This document shows positions 1-11,637 of a stretch of 64,000 bases of DNA, in pieces. This stretch comes from Phaeosaccion multiseriatum (lineage: Eukaryota; Protista; Ochrophyta, other classes). Position numbers and translations under genes: made by a program. The stretch spans positions 2,790,001 to 2,854,000 of the forward strand of contig OZ218958.1 of assembly GCA_965112735.1 (NCBI GenBank), read 5' to 3'. The notes below the pieces were generated by a model. It was not told the DNA's origin. It saw only the letters and a list, made by a program, of their open reading frames with translations, and searched no databases. Each line of letters begins with the position of its first letter. Position 1 is the first letter of the stretch.

Positions 1-1484
1 CGGCGGCGCGCGCAAAAGCCTGGAAATTTACAAGAAGCGCCGGGCCTTACGCGGCAAGAAGATTTACGTCGAGGACCCCTTCTATGGCAAGCTCCAGCTA
101 AACGCCGATAGCAGAATGATAAGCCCCGAAGAAGAATCGGAGAGTCTCTTTTGACCTTCGCGAGGGGAATGGCTTGGTGGGCGGAGCTTGGGTTTCCGGG
201 GCCGGGGCTCTATTTACTGGAGTATACGACAAGTTCAGAGACGTACTGCTGCTGCTGCTGCTGCTGTAGCTGCTGCTGTACGAGCGGGGCTCCGCCGTTC
301 CCCAAGGAGCGTAGCCTACGGGGCCACAGCATGAGGGGGAGATAAGGAGAGGGGCCCGTATATTTGGTGGAGCAGTTGCTGATACAGCATGCAGCGGTGG
401 CACTCGACGGCTCTCACTCGACAAGAAGAGGGCGACGCGCGCTTTGTGAACTTGCTTTGGAAGGAGACTTTCAAGCAGGCATGCGGCAGAGCACAAGCTA
501 CACCCAGACACCGAGCTCTCTGAGGAGAGTAGGAGGGTGTGCCGACAACACCTCCTCCCACCTGTCGTGTTACCACTTCCCGCACAATACTCCAACACAC
601 ATTGCCCCCGCACTGCCCCCCTGAAGAGGAGCACTGCGCTCGGTACCGTGTAGTGGTGTGGCATGGGAGAGGAAACAAGAAGGCATCGGCGGTATCGCTC
701 GACGACACACCTTTTCCCTTCGAAGAAGAAGAAGCTTGCTTGTGTGAGGTCGAAGGCTTCACAAGCGACTTCAGCCCTCCGCCCTACTCCGCCATCATGG
801 CTGTGATGACTCCTGCTCAGAGACGAGGGAGGCGACAAGGGGGGGGGGAACTATAGCGCGACAAGCAAGACGCTGGTCTGCTCATCCCAAGTATCTACGG
901 TGCGGATGAGTTGCCCCTCTCGCCGGAGCACGCACTGGTTGCTTGCCTTCTCGAGACGGCTCATGAAGCGTCTGAAGCGACGGAGGAGGAGGAGGGGGCA
1001 ACAGGAAGGCCCGGGAATAATATGGACACACCGGCCCCAAGGCTTGCTTGGCGCAGTTTTCTTCGTCACGAGAAGCTCATCCTTCTCCTCGCTCCCCCTC
1101 CTTCCCATCTTTTCTTACACACACACTCTCTCTCTCGGTGTGTGAAAGAAGTTTTGTGTAGAAAAATGCTTGCTTGTACAGGTGGTAATCCGTGGGCGAT
1201 GCCCTTTCAGCCTTCCTGCTGTACCCTGTACATGAAGGAATGAATTACTTTGTCTAAGCATTAAGGCTTATATTATATGGGCATCGAAAGCTCCACAAAC
1301 CCGATTGGCACAGATTCCTCCCCCTTGCCTCTCCCTCCTACCTCGTCCACCGATCCGCCCCCCCCCCCCTACTCTTTACTTTCATCGCATCTCCTTCGTC
1401 ACGCTTGCTCTCGCACGTCTCACCCTGTCTCACTCTGCATGCCACACAAGGCCTGCGGCCCCTCCAGCCAGCTGCGAAGATTGA

Positions 1485-2840
1485 CTACTCTTCTTGCCAG
1501 ACGTCATACTTCAGATCGGTCCTTCGCATGGGGTCCAGCACACTTTGAGATCGGAAGAAGGCTGCTGCCGCCTCCCGGAGTCGCTGGCCGATCTCGGGGG
1601 CCATCTCATTGCGTCTTGCTCCCGCCAGGGCCTTGTCCACTGAGGCATCGGCCTTGAGGAGCTGCAGCGCAGTACCGTGTTGGCTCGAGTAGACGGCGGC
1701 AAGTAGGGGGCTCACGCCGCCATTGGACGTCGTATCGATAGGGGATCCCTCAGAGATGAGACGGGTAACGACTGCCTCGTGCCCATGCTCTGCAGCAAAG
1801 TGAAGAGCAATTGCACCATCGGTGTTCTGCATCTCCACCTTTGCTCCCGCAGAGAGAAGCCGCTCCACCACGGCGTCGTGACCTTCTTGAGCAGCAACAT
1901 GCAGAGCAGTAAAGCCACGAGTGCTGCACGCACCCACATCAGCTCCGGCTGAGAGGAGCTTCTCCGCCACAGCGAAGTGTCCGTATTTTGCAGCCGCGAT
2001 CAACGGAGTCAATCCGCATTTGCTCTTGGCATCGACGCTGGCATTCTCCTCTAATAGCCGCTCCACAATGGAAAGATGGTTATTTTGGGAGGCTGCCCGA
2101 AGCGGAGTGACACCGTGGACGTCGGCCAAGTCGATGTTGGCGTGGGCCCTGATGAGCTGCTCTACCACACTCTCATGTCCATTTTTGCAAGCCTGACGAA
2201 GAGGAGTTTCGCCTAAGTTCGCCTCTTTATTCACATCGGCTCGCCGCGAGATGAGCTCCTCTACGACGGAGGTTTGCCCGTTCTGGGCAGCCATCAGGAG
2301 TGGAGAGCATCTATTTCCATTCGCTGCATTGACCGCAGCTCCGGCATCCAGCAGGCGCCTCATAACTGGAGTGTGACCATGTGCGGAGGCACCTGTCAAG
2401 GCCGTGTCGCTGAACGGCCCTCCACGGGAGCTGGCCCACGCTCCCATCTGCAGCAGAAGGTCCACGACATCCAGCCGACCGTATGCTGCAGCCCTGACCA
2501 TTGCTGTGAATCCTTTGTCGTCGATAGGCTGCTCCAGGCTGGCTCTGCCGTGCTTGGCGACGAGCTTCAGCACTAGCGCGTGAACTGCTGCGAAACTGAG
2601 GTTCTTTCTCAGCCCCTGATAGAGTCGCCGGCCCTGTGGTGAAGGGCAGCACGTTGGAAAGGGAAGGGATGTAGGAAGGGGTATGCGGTACGATGAGAAG
2701 AGTTTGATTAGGCGGAGTTCTGAGCGGCGTTAAGTCTCGAATGGGGCAACCACTCCAGCGTTGCGCAAACCGCCTCGGACAAGGGCGACCAATACTACAC
2801 AAGACGAGATCCTCACCTCAGGGGATACTGCCTGTGGCAT
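1485..2840 (-). CDS. Ankyrin-repeat protein A (~9-10 repeats); exons 2817-2840 and 1485-2633
   Basis: ORF with repeated G-x-TPL/TAL..AA..GH...V..LL motifs. Micro-exon ATG CCA CAG GCA GTA TCC CCT GAG|GTGAG (MPQAVSPE) splices in frame to acceptor CACAG|GGC at 2633. Confidence 0.85.
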
Positions 2841-3963
2841 GGTGCGCCGCGACGATGCCATGTCCTTCTGGGCCTACCGGTGGTCAAGGCCACGGGCGCG
2901 AAGAGGGAGGGGCACCGAGAGCAGCAGCTGGCCTCCCAACCAACCCACCCAGCTTTGCCCTTCACACAACCAACCCACCCAGCTTTGCCGTTCACACGTG
3001 AAGCAGTGAGGTGCGGACAAGGGGCCTACGTAGTATAGATGATTTGCCTATCAGGGCCCTTCTTCTCCAATTTGGTTTTTGGATCTTGGGGGGAAGCAAA
3101 GAACTTTACTTTTGCGTAAACACAATACCCACGGGGTGACCGAAGAGCGTTACAAAGTTCTTCTTCGTTCAGCAGAGGTGGTACAGGCAGTGCATGGGCT
3201 TTTGTCTCCGTTGACTTGCATCGCCCGACGACACGAAGCGCGAAGGCCCTCTTTGTCTCATTGGACAGCGCAGCCTCAAACCATCATAATAAACTCATTC
3301 ATTCTTTACCTACGATACGGCGTGTCCAACGTGAGGCTCTTTCTTAAGCTTCACCCATCCTCCCACCAACCACTGCACCACGCACCTACGCACTCGTCTC
3401 CCACTAGTCCTTCTCCAGTCATGCACGCACCCATCAAAACACCAAAAACCTCCCCACCCACCACCCACCCGCCTCCCCACCCACCCACCTATCCTCCTAA
3501 CACTCACGCACCCACGCACCCACGCACTCACGCACCATCCTCATGCATTCACGCCCCCACCCTCTGCGCTCTACTGCTCCTCCTCCCCCCTCCTTCCTCT
3601 CCTCTCCCTCCTCCACCCTTCGCTTGCCGGACGAGAGACGTACGCCCCGTCTCTCCCGGCCCCCTCAGGCACTTGCACCCGCAGCCCCCGCAGCCCCGTC
3701 TCCCGCTTACTCCTCGCGGTGCATGCCCCCGCCACTGAGCACACTCCGCTCAATGTGGTATTAAATGATGCTCTGTCCTCCCTGAGCGAGCGAGGCCAGT
3801 CTTGACCACCTCGCCTGTGTCTCTCTGTCCAAGGGCAGAAGGACTTGTCGTCGCGCGTCTCCGCCCCCACCTCTCGCCCAGCCGGCACAGCCGTCCCTTA
3901 AGCGCACAGTTCCTCCGCCATGCCCTCCCTCCGTCTCGCTTCACACACCCTAGCTTCCTCCCA

Positions 3964-5511
3964 TTAGGTCCAGCGCCCTTTGAGGTGAAAGAAAGTTGCA
4001 GCGGCCTCTCTGAGTCGCTTCTCGACCTCAGGGCCAAGCTCATTCCGCCGTGCCCCAGCCAAAGCCTTGTCAACGGTCGCACCGGCCGCCAGGAGCTCCA
4101 GCGCAGTGCCGAGCTTGGCATGGTAGATGGCGCCAAGTAGAGGAGTGGAGCCGTCTGACCTTGGGGCGTCGATTGGGGATCCCGCAGAAATGAGACGGGC
4201 GACCACTACCTCGTGCCCATTTTGTGCCGCCACGTAGAGGGGTGTTGTGCCATCGTCAGCCTCCTTCTCCACATTGGCTCCGACAGAGAGAAGGCACTCC
4301 ACCACGGCGTCGCGCCCTCCGTGCGAGGCGCTGTGCAGAGGAGTGAAGCCACGATTGTTGCACGCACCCACGTCAGCTCCGGCTGAGAGGAGCTTCTCCA
4401 CCACGGTCAAGTGTCCCAGCTCCGCGGCAATAATGAGAGGCGTGGCCCCGGTTAGGCTCCTGGCATCAATGATGGGATGCTCGTCGAGGAGCTGCTCAAC
4501 CACGGAAAGGTGCCCTCCTTGCGATGCGACCCGAAGCGGAGTGACACCGTGGACGTCAGCCTTGTCGATGATGGCGTGGGCCCTGATGAGCTGCTGCACC
4601 ACACTGGCATGCCCATTCGCAGACGCCTGTAGGAGTGGCGTGGTGCCGAGTTTGTCTTCTTTATTCACATCGGCTCGAGCTGAAATGAGCTGCTCTACAA
4701 CAGCTGGGTGGCCAGTCTGAGAAGCCAGAATCAGTGGAGTGCACCCGTTCTCTGCGGCTAGGTTGATACTGGCCCCCGCGCGGATGAGCAGACGCACAGC
4801 TGCGGCATGTCCGTTGGAGGCCATCAGAAGCGAGGTGGCACCATTTGCGTTGGCTGCGTCGACGCGTGCTTGCGCGGAGAGGAGCTGCTGCACAATCATG
4901 GCATAGCCCCTCTCGGCGGCGCACATCAGCGGTGTCCATCCCGTAAGATCGCGCTGGTCGACGGCAGCTCCAACGTCCAGCAGCCGTCTCACCACCTGAG
5001 TTTGTCCATATTGGCTGGCCGTTGTTAGCGGTGTACCTCCCGCCGGCGGCCCTCCCCTGGCCATGAAGGAGGCCCCTTGCTGCAGCAGAAGGTCCACGAT
5101 ATACAGCCTACCGCGCATCGCAGCGCACATCAGGGCGGTGCGGCCTTGCTCCTCAATTGGCTGCTCCAGGCCTGCTTTCCCGTGTTTGGCGATGAGCTTC
5201 TTCACCAGGGCGTTAATGGCTGGGAAGCTCTCATTTGTGGTAATCGCGTGGTACAGGGACCGTCCCTGTTGGTAAAGTGCAAGGGTTAGGAAAGAGAGAA
5301 AGGAAGGAACATCCGTATTGGTACATTGCAGGGGTTAGGAATGAGATGTAGGAAGAGGAAAGGGCAGGAGGGCCCAACGTTGAGAGGGGACGTCACAGCC
5401 GAAGCCTTTCCACAACAAACTGCGCTTGAGAAACAGATTGTTTTTCATGACGGAGGAGACGAACACTGCACTGAGCTCCGCCCTCACCTCGGGGGATACG
5501 GCCTGCGGCAT
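3964..5511 (-). CDS. Ankyrin-repeat protein B (~11 repeats); exons 5488-5511 and 3964-5265
   Basis: 413-aa ankyrin ORF. Same MPQAVSPE|GTGAG micro-exon and in-frame acceptor AACAG|GGA. An apparent 1-nt loss near the C-terminus relative to paralogs changes the last residues. Confidence 0.85.
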
Positions 5512-6189
5512 TGTTAAGTCGGGCCTTTGTTCCTGTCTCGCTCTCCTCTCAGGGCAGGCTGTAAGGGCGCTGACAGCGGGCAAAAAGCCCAGTTCCCCTC
5601 CACTCCATCATCCTCCCCGCCCGGGGTGCAGTACGGTGGTGAGGGCAAGCGCCCGACGCAGCATAGATCCTCTGTCTCTGTCAGTCACGGCGCCGCCTTA
5701 CTTATTTTAACACGCCACTGTGTCTGGAGTAATAAATAAATAGCGGGAACATATGGGCCCATTCACAGCTGGCTATCGCTTAGGGCAGGGCTCCCGAGAA
5801 GTCGACAAGGTGGTGCGTGCGTGCGTGAGCCACAGCCAATATTGATCAGGGCCGTGAATCCACCGCCCGGCTCGCACATTGTCGAGCTAAACAGCATTCC
5901 CGGGGCCATTTTACCCCTGACTGAACCCTCTTTCTGTGGTTCACTGACCTGTTACACTTGTTCTCCCCTCTCCCGTCTCCTCCTACCCAAGCAATATACA
6001 TGTACATACAACAATGATACTTTGCACCCACCCCCCCCACTCCTCTCTCGTGCCTTCGCCCCGTCGAACAACGGTCTGCCGTCGCTTGCGCCCCTCCCAC
6101 CATCTGCTTGCTGTTCATCGCTTTGCCCCTGCCCATGGCTCTCCCATTTCCCGCTCTGCACGTCTGAAGGCCTCTCCAGGAGCGCGCTT

Positions 6190-6783
6190 TGACTCTCGTT
6201 CGGGGTCGATCCTTCGCGTGAGGGCCAACGCACTTAGACAGCAGAGGAAAGCTCTGCCGCCTCTCGGAGGCGCCGCTCAATCTCAGGGCCGAGCTGATTC
6301 CTCTGTGCCCCTGCCAGCAGGGCCTTGTCCACCAAGGCACCGGCTAAGAGGAGCTGCCGCACCGTGCCGTGATGGTTCTGCAACACCGCCTCACTACTGC
6401 GCCGTGCCGATTGGTGCTGGCCACTATCAATGGAGTGCCTCCTGCAGGACCTCCTCTGGTAGTGCACGATGCCCCTTTCTGCAGGAGCAGGTCCAAGACA
6501 TCCAGCCGGCCGTGCATCGCAGCCGACATTAAAGCCGTACAGCCGTCCTCGTCGATGGGCTGCTCCAGGCTTGCTTCACCCGGGAGGGGTTGGAGCTGAT
6601 TCACGAGAGCCGACACGACTGAGAAGCTCTTGTTGCTGATGATAGCCTGGTTGAGGCGCTTCCCCTACAGTAAGGGTGAAGTGCCGCGTTGGGGGGGGAG
6701 ACATGGATCAGCTCTTTGCTTTGCGTCGATGCAAACAGCCTTTGACAGGGGCAACTAACCTCGGGGGAGACTGCCTGCGGCAT
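6190..6783 (-). pseudogene. Internally deleted, frameshifted ankyrin paralog C
   Basis: MPQAVSPE exon (6760-6783), then SLEQPIDEDGCTALM..GGTPL. It then jumps in another frame to the C-terminal ALVDKALLAGAQRNQLGPEIERRLREAA motif, so most repeats are missing. Confidence 0.75.
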
Positions 6784-7836
6784 GCTGAGCCGGGCTCCCA
6801 TCTTCTCTTCGGGCTCCTTCAGGGCTAGCGCTCAGGCAAGGGGAGAGGGGGCGCTGCGAGCGAGGGAAGAGCTCCGGCGTCCCGTTGCTCGTCAGACTTG
6901 AAGTATAGGAGTGCGGGCAGAGGAGTGTGGACTCTCTGCTGCCCTTCACACGCTTTCTCTCTTGTTGGTGGCTGCAAAGCCGCCTCGACTGAGAGAGGCA
7001 GAAGAGAGGGGAACTTTCTCCAGGGGGGCTGCCGAATCCCCGAAGCCAGGGCTCACAGGGCTAGAAAACTGAGTGAGTGTGTGTGTGACCCTGCCCTAGT
7101 GGAGGTGGGGCAGTGAAGGACCGTGCCGATGGGCGGATATGCCTTCCTCGGTCGCCTCGCACAGGAGAAGGCGAGGCTTCGAGGGCTTAATTAAGCAGAG
7201 CTGGAGAGCTGCTGGCTGGTGAGTCGACTCGAAAGGTTTCGCATCCAATGAATATGTACAAGTTGACGCCACACTATATGATGAGCGGGGCGGAGTGCTT
7301 TCAGCACAACGCAAGACACTGTCGCTCTGAATGCTCCTTTCCTCCATGTAACGGCTAGTTTGTGCTTCTATCCCCTCTTGTCCACGCCTCCTCCCTCGAC
7401 GTGAAGCAGGCGGACTACCCTCTCTCTAAGTGTCCACCCACTGATCCCCTTTCACTCCCTTTCCCCTTCATCCTCCTATCTAAGCTTAACGCACGAGTAA
7501 CACACACCCCGTGCCTCCGTCTTCGTTGCGCGACATCGTCCCGCTCTCACCGCCCCGGATGCAGGAACAGCGGCTTGTCGTCGCTTGCACCCCTCCCACT
7601 TCGCCCAGCAGGCACAGCAGGCACAGCAGGCACAGCAGGCACAGTCCTCCCTTAAGCCAGCTCCCTCCGCCATGCTCTCCTACATCTCTCTCTCTACACC
7701 CACCCCTCCCTCTGCACGCAGCGCCCGAGCCGCACCCGGGCCGCTCCAACTGGAGGGGAAGGGTCATGAGTCATGCGTTACCCGTCTCAATTTCATGAGT
7801 TGTGCGTTACCCCTTTCAGTGTCATGAGTTCCTTCT

Positions 7837-9368
7837 TCATGCGTTACCCGTCCCCGTCGTCTCGAACCGCAGTATCTCTGCTTTGACAGAAACCACACTC
7901 TCCGTGCCGAACGTGGGGTCGATTCTTCGCATCAGATCTAACACGCTCTGAGACAGGAAGAAGGCTGCTGCCGCATCCACGAACTGCTGCTGGATCTCAG
8001 GGGCCGCGCCGTGCCGCCGTGCCACCGCCAGGGCCTGGTCCAAGTGAGATCGGAAGAAGGCTTCTGTCGCCTTCCTGAGTCTCTGCCCCATCATGGGGCC
8101 CTTGCGATTGCGCCAAGCCTCGGCCAGGTCCTTGTTCAGCGAGGCGTCGACCGAGAGGAGCTGCAGCGCAGTGCCGTGTTGGCTCGAGTAGACGGCGGCA
8201 AGTAGGGGGCTCACGCCGCCATTGGACGTCGTATCGATAGGGGATCCCTCAGAGATGAGACGGGTAACGACTGCCTCGTGCCCATGCTCTGCAGCAAAGT
8301 GAAGAGCTGTCGCGCCATCGGTGTTCTGCATCTCCACCTTTGCTCCCGCAGAGAGAAGCCGCTCCACCACGGCGTCGTGACCTTCTTGAGCAGCAACATG
8401 CAGAGCAGTAAAGCCACGAGTGCTGCACGCACCCACATCAGCTCCGGCTGAGAGGAGCTTCTCCGCCACAGCGAAGTGTCCGTATTTTGCAGCCGCGATC
8501 AACGGAGTCAATCCGCATTTGCTCTTGGCATCGACGCTGGCATTCTCCTCTAGGAGCCGCTCCACAATGGAAAGATGGTTATTTTGGGAGGCTGCCCGAA
8601 GCGGAGTGACGCCGTTGTTGTCAGCCAAGTCGATGTTGGCGTGGGCCCTGATGAGCTGCTTAACGATACTCTCATGCCCGTTCTTGCAAGCCAGCCGCAG
8701 TGGAGTTTCTCCAAAGAGCGCCTCTTTATTCACATCGGCTCGCCGCGAGATGAGCTCCTCTACAACGGAGGTTTGCCCGTTCTGGGCAGCCATCAGGAGT
8801 GGAGAGCATCTATTTCCATTCGCTGCATTGACCGCAGCTCCGGCATCCAGCAGGCGCCTCACAACTGGAGTGTGGCCGTGTGCGCAAGCCCCCAGCAACG
8901 GCGTGTCACCGACGGGCCCTCCACGGGAGCTGGACCACGCCCCCATCTGCAGCAGAAGGTCCACGACATCCAGCCGACCGTATGCTGCAGCCCTGACCAT
9001 TGCTGTGAATCCTTTGTCGTCGATAGGCTGTTCCAGGCTTGCTCTGCCGTGCTTGGCGAAGAGCTTCAACACCAACGCGTTAATTGCTGGGAGACTGAGT
9101 TGTTTTCTGAGCGCCTGGTTGAGTCGCCGTCCCTGTTGTTCAGTGCAGCGCGATGGGAAGGGACGCAGGGAGAGGGATCGGATTAGCACAGCTCAAGTCG
9201 ACGCCGCTTGGCCTCGACCCGTCGCCTCTGCTTGAGCTGTATGGGCGCTAGTCTTGAATGAGGCAGCTACTCCACTTTACTCCGAAATACAAGCAGCCTC
9301 GGACAAGCAAGGGCGGTCAATGCTACACAATACTTGGTCCTTACCTCTGGGGTTATTGCCTGTGGCAT
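7837..9368 (-). CDS. Ankyrin-repeat protein D; exons 9345-9368 and 7837-9132
   Basis: Repeat core nearly identical to gene A. MPQAITPE|GTAAG micro-exon and in-frame acceptor AACAG|GGA. The C-terminal helical motif is duplicated. Confidence 0.85.
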
Positions 9369-10329
9369 GGTGCGCCGCGATGATGCTGTGTCCTTTCTCA
9401 GCCTCCACACCAAAAAAAGAAGGGGCGCTGAGAGCAGCAGCAGGCCTTCCAACCCACCCCTCCTTGCCCTTCAGACGTGAAGAAGTACGGTGCAGGCAAG
9501 CGCCATACGCGGTGTAGAGGCTCTACCTATGACGGCCCTCTCCTAGTGTGTTACCCCCCCGTAAAGGTCAAGAAAAATGAGATCACAGGCACGGGCAGTG
9601 CGTGGGGGAACAAGGAAAAAAAAAAAAAAAAAAAAAGTTTCTTCACACGTGTGTGCGTGCGCTGCGCCTGGGAGGTGAGAGTACTCACCAAAAAAACATG
9701 GAAGAGGAGGGAGGCCGCAAGAGAGGATAGAGAGGGTCGAAGAGGGGTGGCGCCGCAGGCGGGGAAAATGTATAGTTTCTTTCTTTTCTCCTTTTTTTGG
9801 CCGGCGGTCGACGGTATAAAAGTGCGCCGCCTTCCCTCTCTATTCATTCCCCTGTGGGGTTCCTACGAGTAGGCCATCAATCCACCGTCCCCTCGCCCTT
9901 CGTCGAGCTAAGCATCACTGCAACGCCATCTTGTCACTAACCGTGCTCCCCCTCTTTGACCCCCACTGACCCTCTGCGCGCTCCTACTCCCCTCTCCCTC
10001 CTCGAATCTCCCCCTGACGGATGAGAGTTGCAAGGCGCTTTTTGGCGTCCACAGACACTCAGAAAGTAGTAGCACCATCTTCCTCTCACCGGTCGCGCCG
10101 CTCTGTCTGCTGACACCACACACACGTCATCCAACCTTCTCGTCCACTGTTCTATCCAAGCTTCTGTGCGCGACGCAGCACAGCTCACTCCTCCCTCGTG
10201 CTCCTCTGCCCGCAAGGGAAAACAAAGGCTTGTCGTCCCTTGCACTGCCCCCATCTCCCATCTCGCTCCGATACAGCCGTCCGTTCAGCGCATTTCCTCC
10301 GCCATGCTCTCTCACGTCCCTTCTTACAT

Positions 10330-11150
10330 TCCACAAGGTCTCTCCGGCGGCAGTACTTGCCAAACGTCGGGTCGGTCCTTCGCATCAGATCCTGCACGCT
10401 TTGATATCGTAGCAAGTCTGCCGCCGCCTCCCCGAGCCGCTCCTCGATCTCCCCGCCTCCCTGATTCCGCCTTACCGCTGCCATTGTCCACGACGCAGCC
10501 GCCATGCAGTCGTTCGACCTCGGTGTATCGATGGGGGATCACGCAGAGATGAGACAAGCGACTACTGCCTCGTATCTTCCCCTGCTGTAACCCTAAGTTG
10601 AGATGTATAAAGCCCTGTAGTATCGCCAAGTTGAGAGGTATAAAGTCCTTGTTGCATGCTCTGTCCACACTCGCTCCTGTATAGAGAAGGCGCTTCACCA
10701 CAACGTCGCGACCGCCGTGAGAGGCCATGTGCAGTGAATCCAGCGGTTTCAGAGACACCCACGTCCGCTCCGACTGAGAGGAGCTTCTCCACCACAGGCA
10801 AATGCCCCTTGCGAGATGAGATGATGAGGGGAGTTCAACCGCTCTTGCCCTTGGTTTCCACCTCACCACCTAAGCATGTCGTTTCTGCTGGCCTTTGATG
10901 GGCGTCGTCGAGAACCCCTCCTCTGTTGCTAAATGAGGCTCCTTCCTGCAGCAGAAGGTCCAAGACGTCCAGCCGGCCGAGTATCGCAGCCAACATTTAA
11001 GCGGGAGGCCTTGTTGATCAAGTGGACAAGGGGCTGTTCCAGGCTTGCTCGGCCGTTTTTGTCGATGGGCTGCCACACCAAGGCGGACACTGCAGCAATG
11101 CTCCCATTTTTTACGATGGCCAGGTGGAGCCGCTGCATCTCGTGTAGCGT
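10330..11150 (-). pseudogene. Degraded ankyrin paralog E
   Basis: Fragments KNGRASLEQP, GRLDVLDLLLQ, VVEKLLSVGADVG, SHGGRDVVVKRLL and QSVQDLMRRTDPTFG are spread over different frames. Confidence 0.75.
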
Positions 11151-11637
11151 GCAAGAATGTCGGAAGCGCAGGGAGTGACGAGGGACACGCAGCAGGCCAG
11201 CAGAGCGGTGGAGTAGCTATAGACAGTTCGGGGCAGAGCAGCATCCATCCGCCCCAGAAAAGCAAAAAAAATGCGAGCATCCTCTCAGCGGGACAGTGAG
11301 TCGCTCTCATCCCCTTTTACCACCCCCCGCTTACATGTAGGTTCAAGAAGGCCTCACTATATGCACTCCCATCCCTCTTGTCTTTTTCTCCTCTTCGCAT
11401 CGGGTGGTATGCCCCCCTGCTTGCTCTCCACAGTGCCCAAGACAGGAAGGAGAAGGACCAGTAGTAGCAGCGAAAGCCGTATCATACACCATGAGGAGGG
11501 AGCTATAGGAGAATGAGGAGAGAAGAGAAAAAAGAAGGAAAAGGGCGGGAAGGCGGCCCAGTCGCAAGCAATTCACTGACATACGGGTTGGCGTTACGTT
11601 TTGAGTGCGGCCAGTCTCCACGATTTCAACACTAACC

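Noticed and set aside
1-1250. Possible coding fragments at the window start
   Set aside because: Short protein-like stretches occur in several frames, but I could not support a consistent ORF, splice chain or family.
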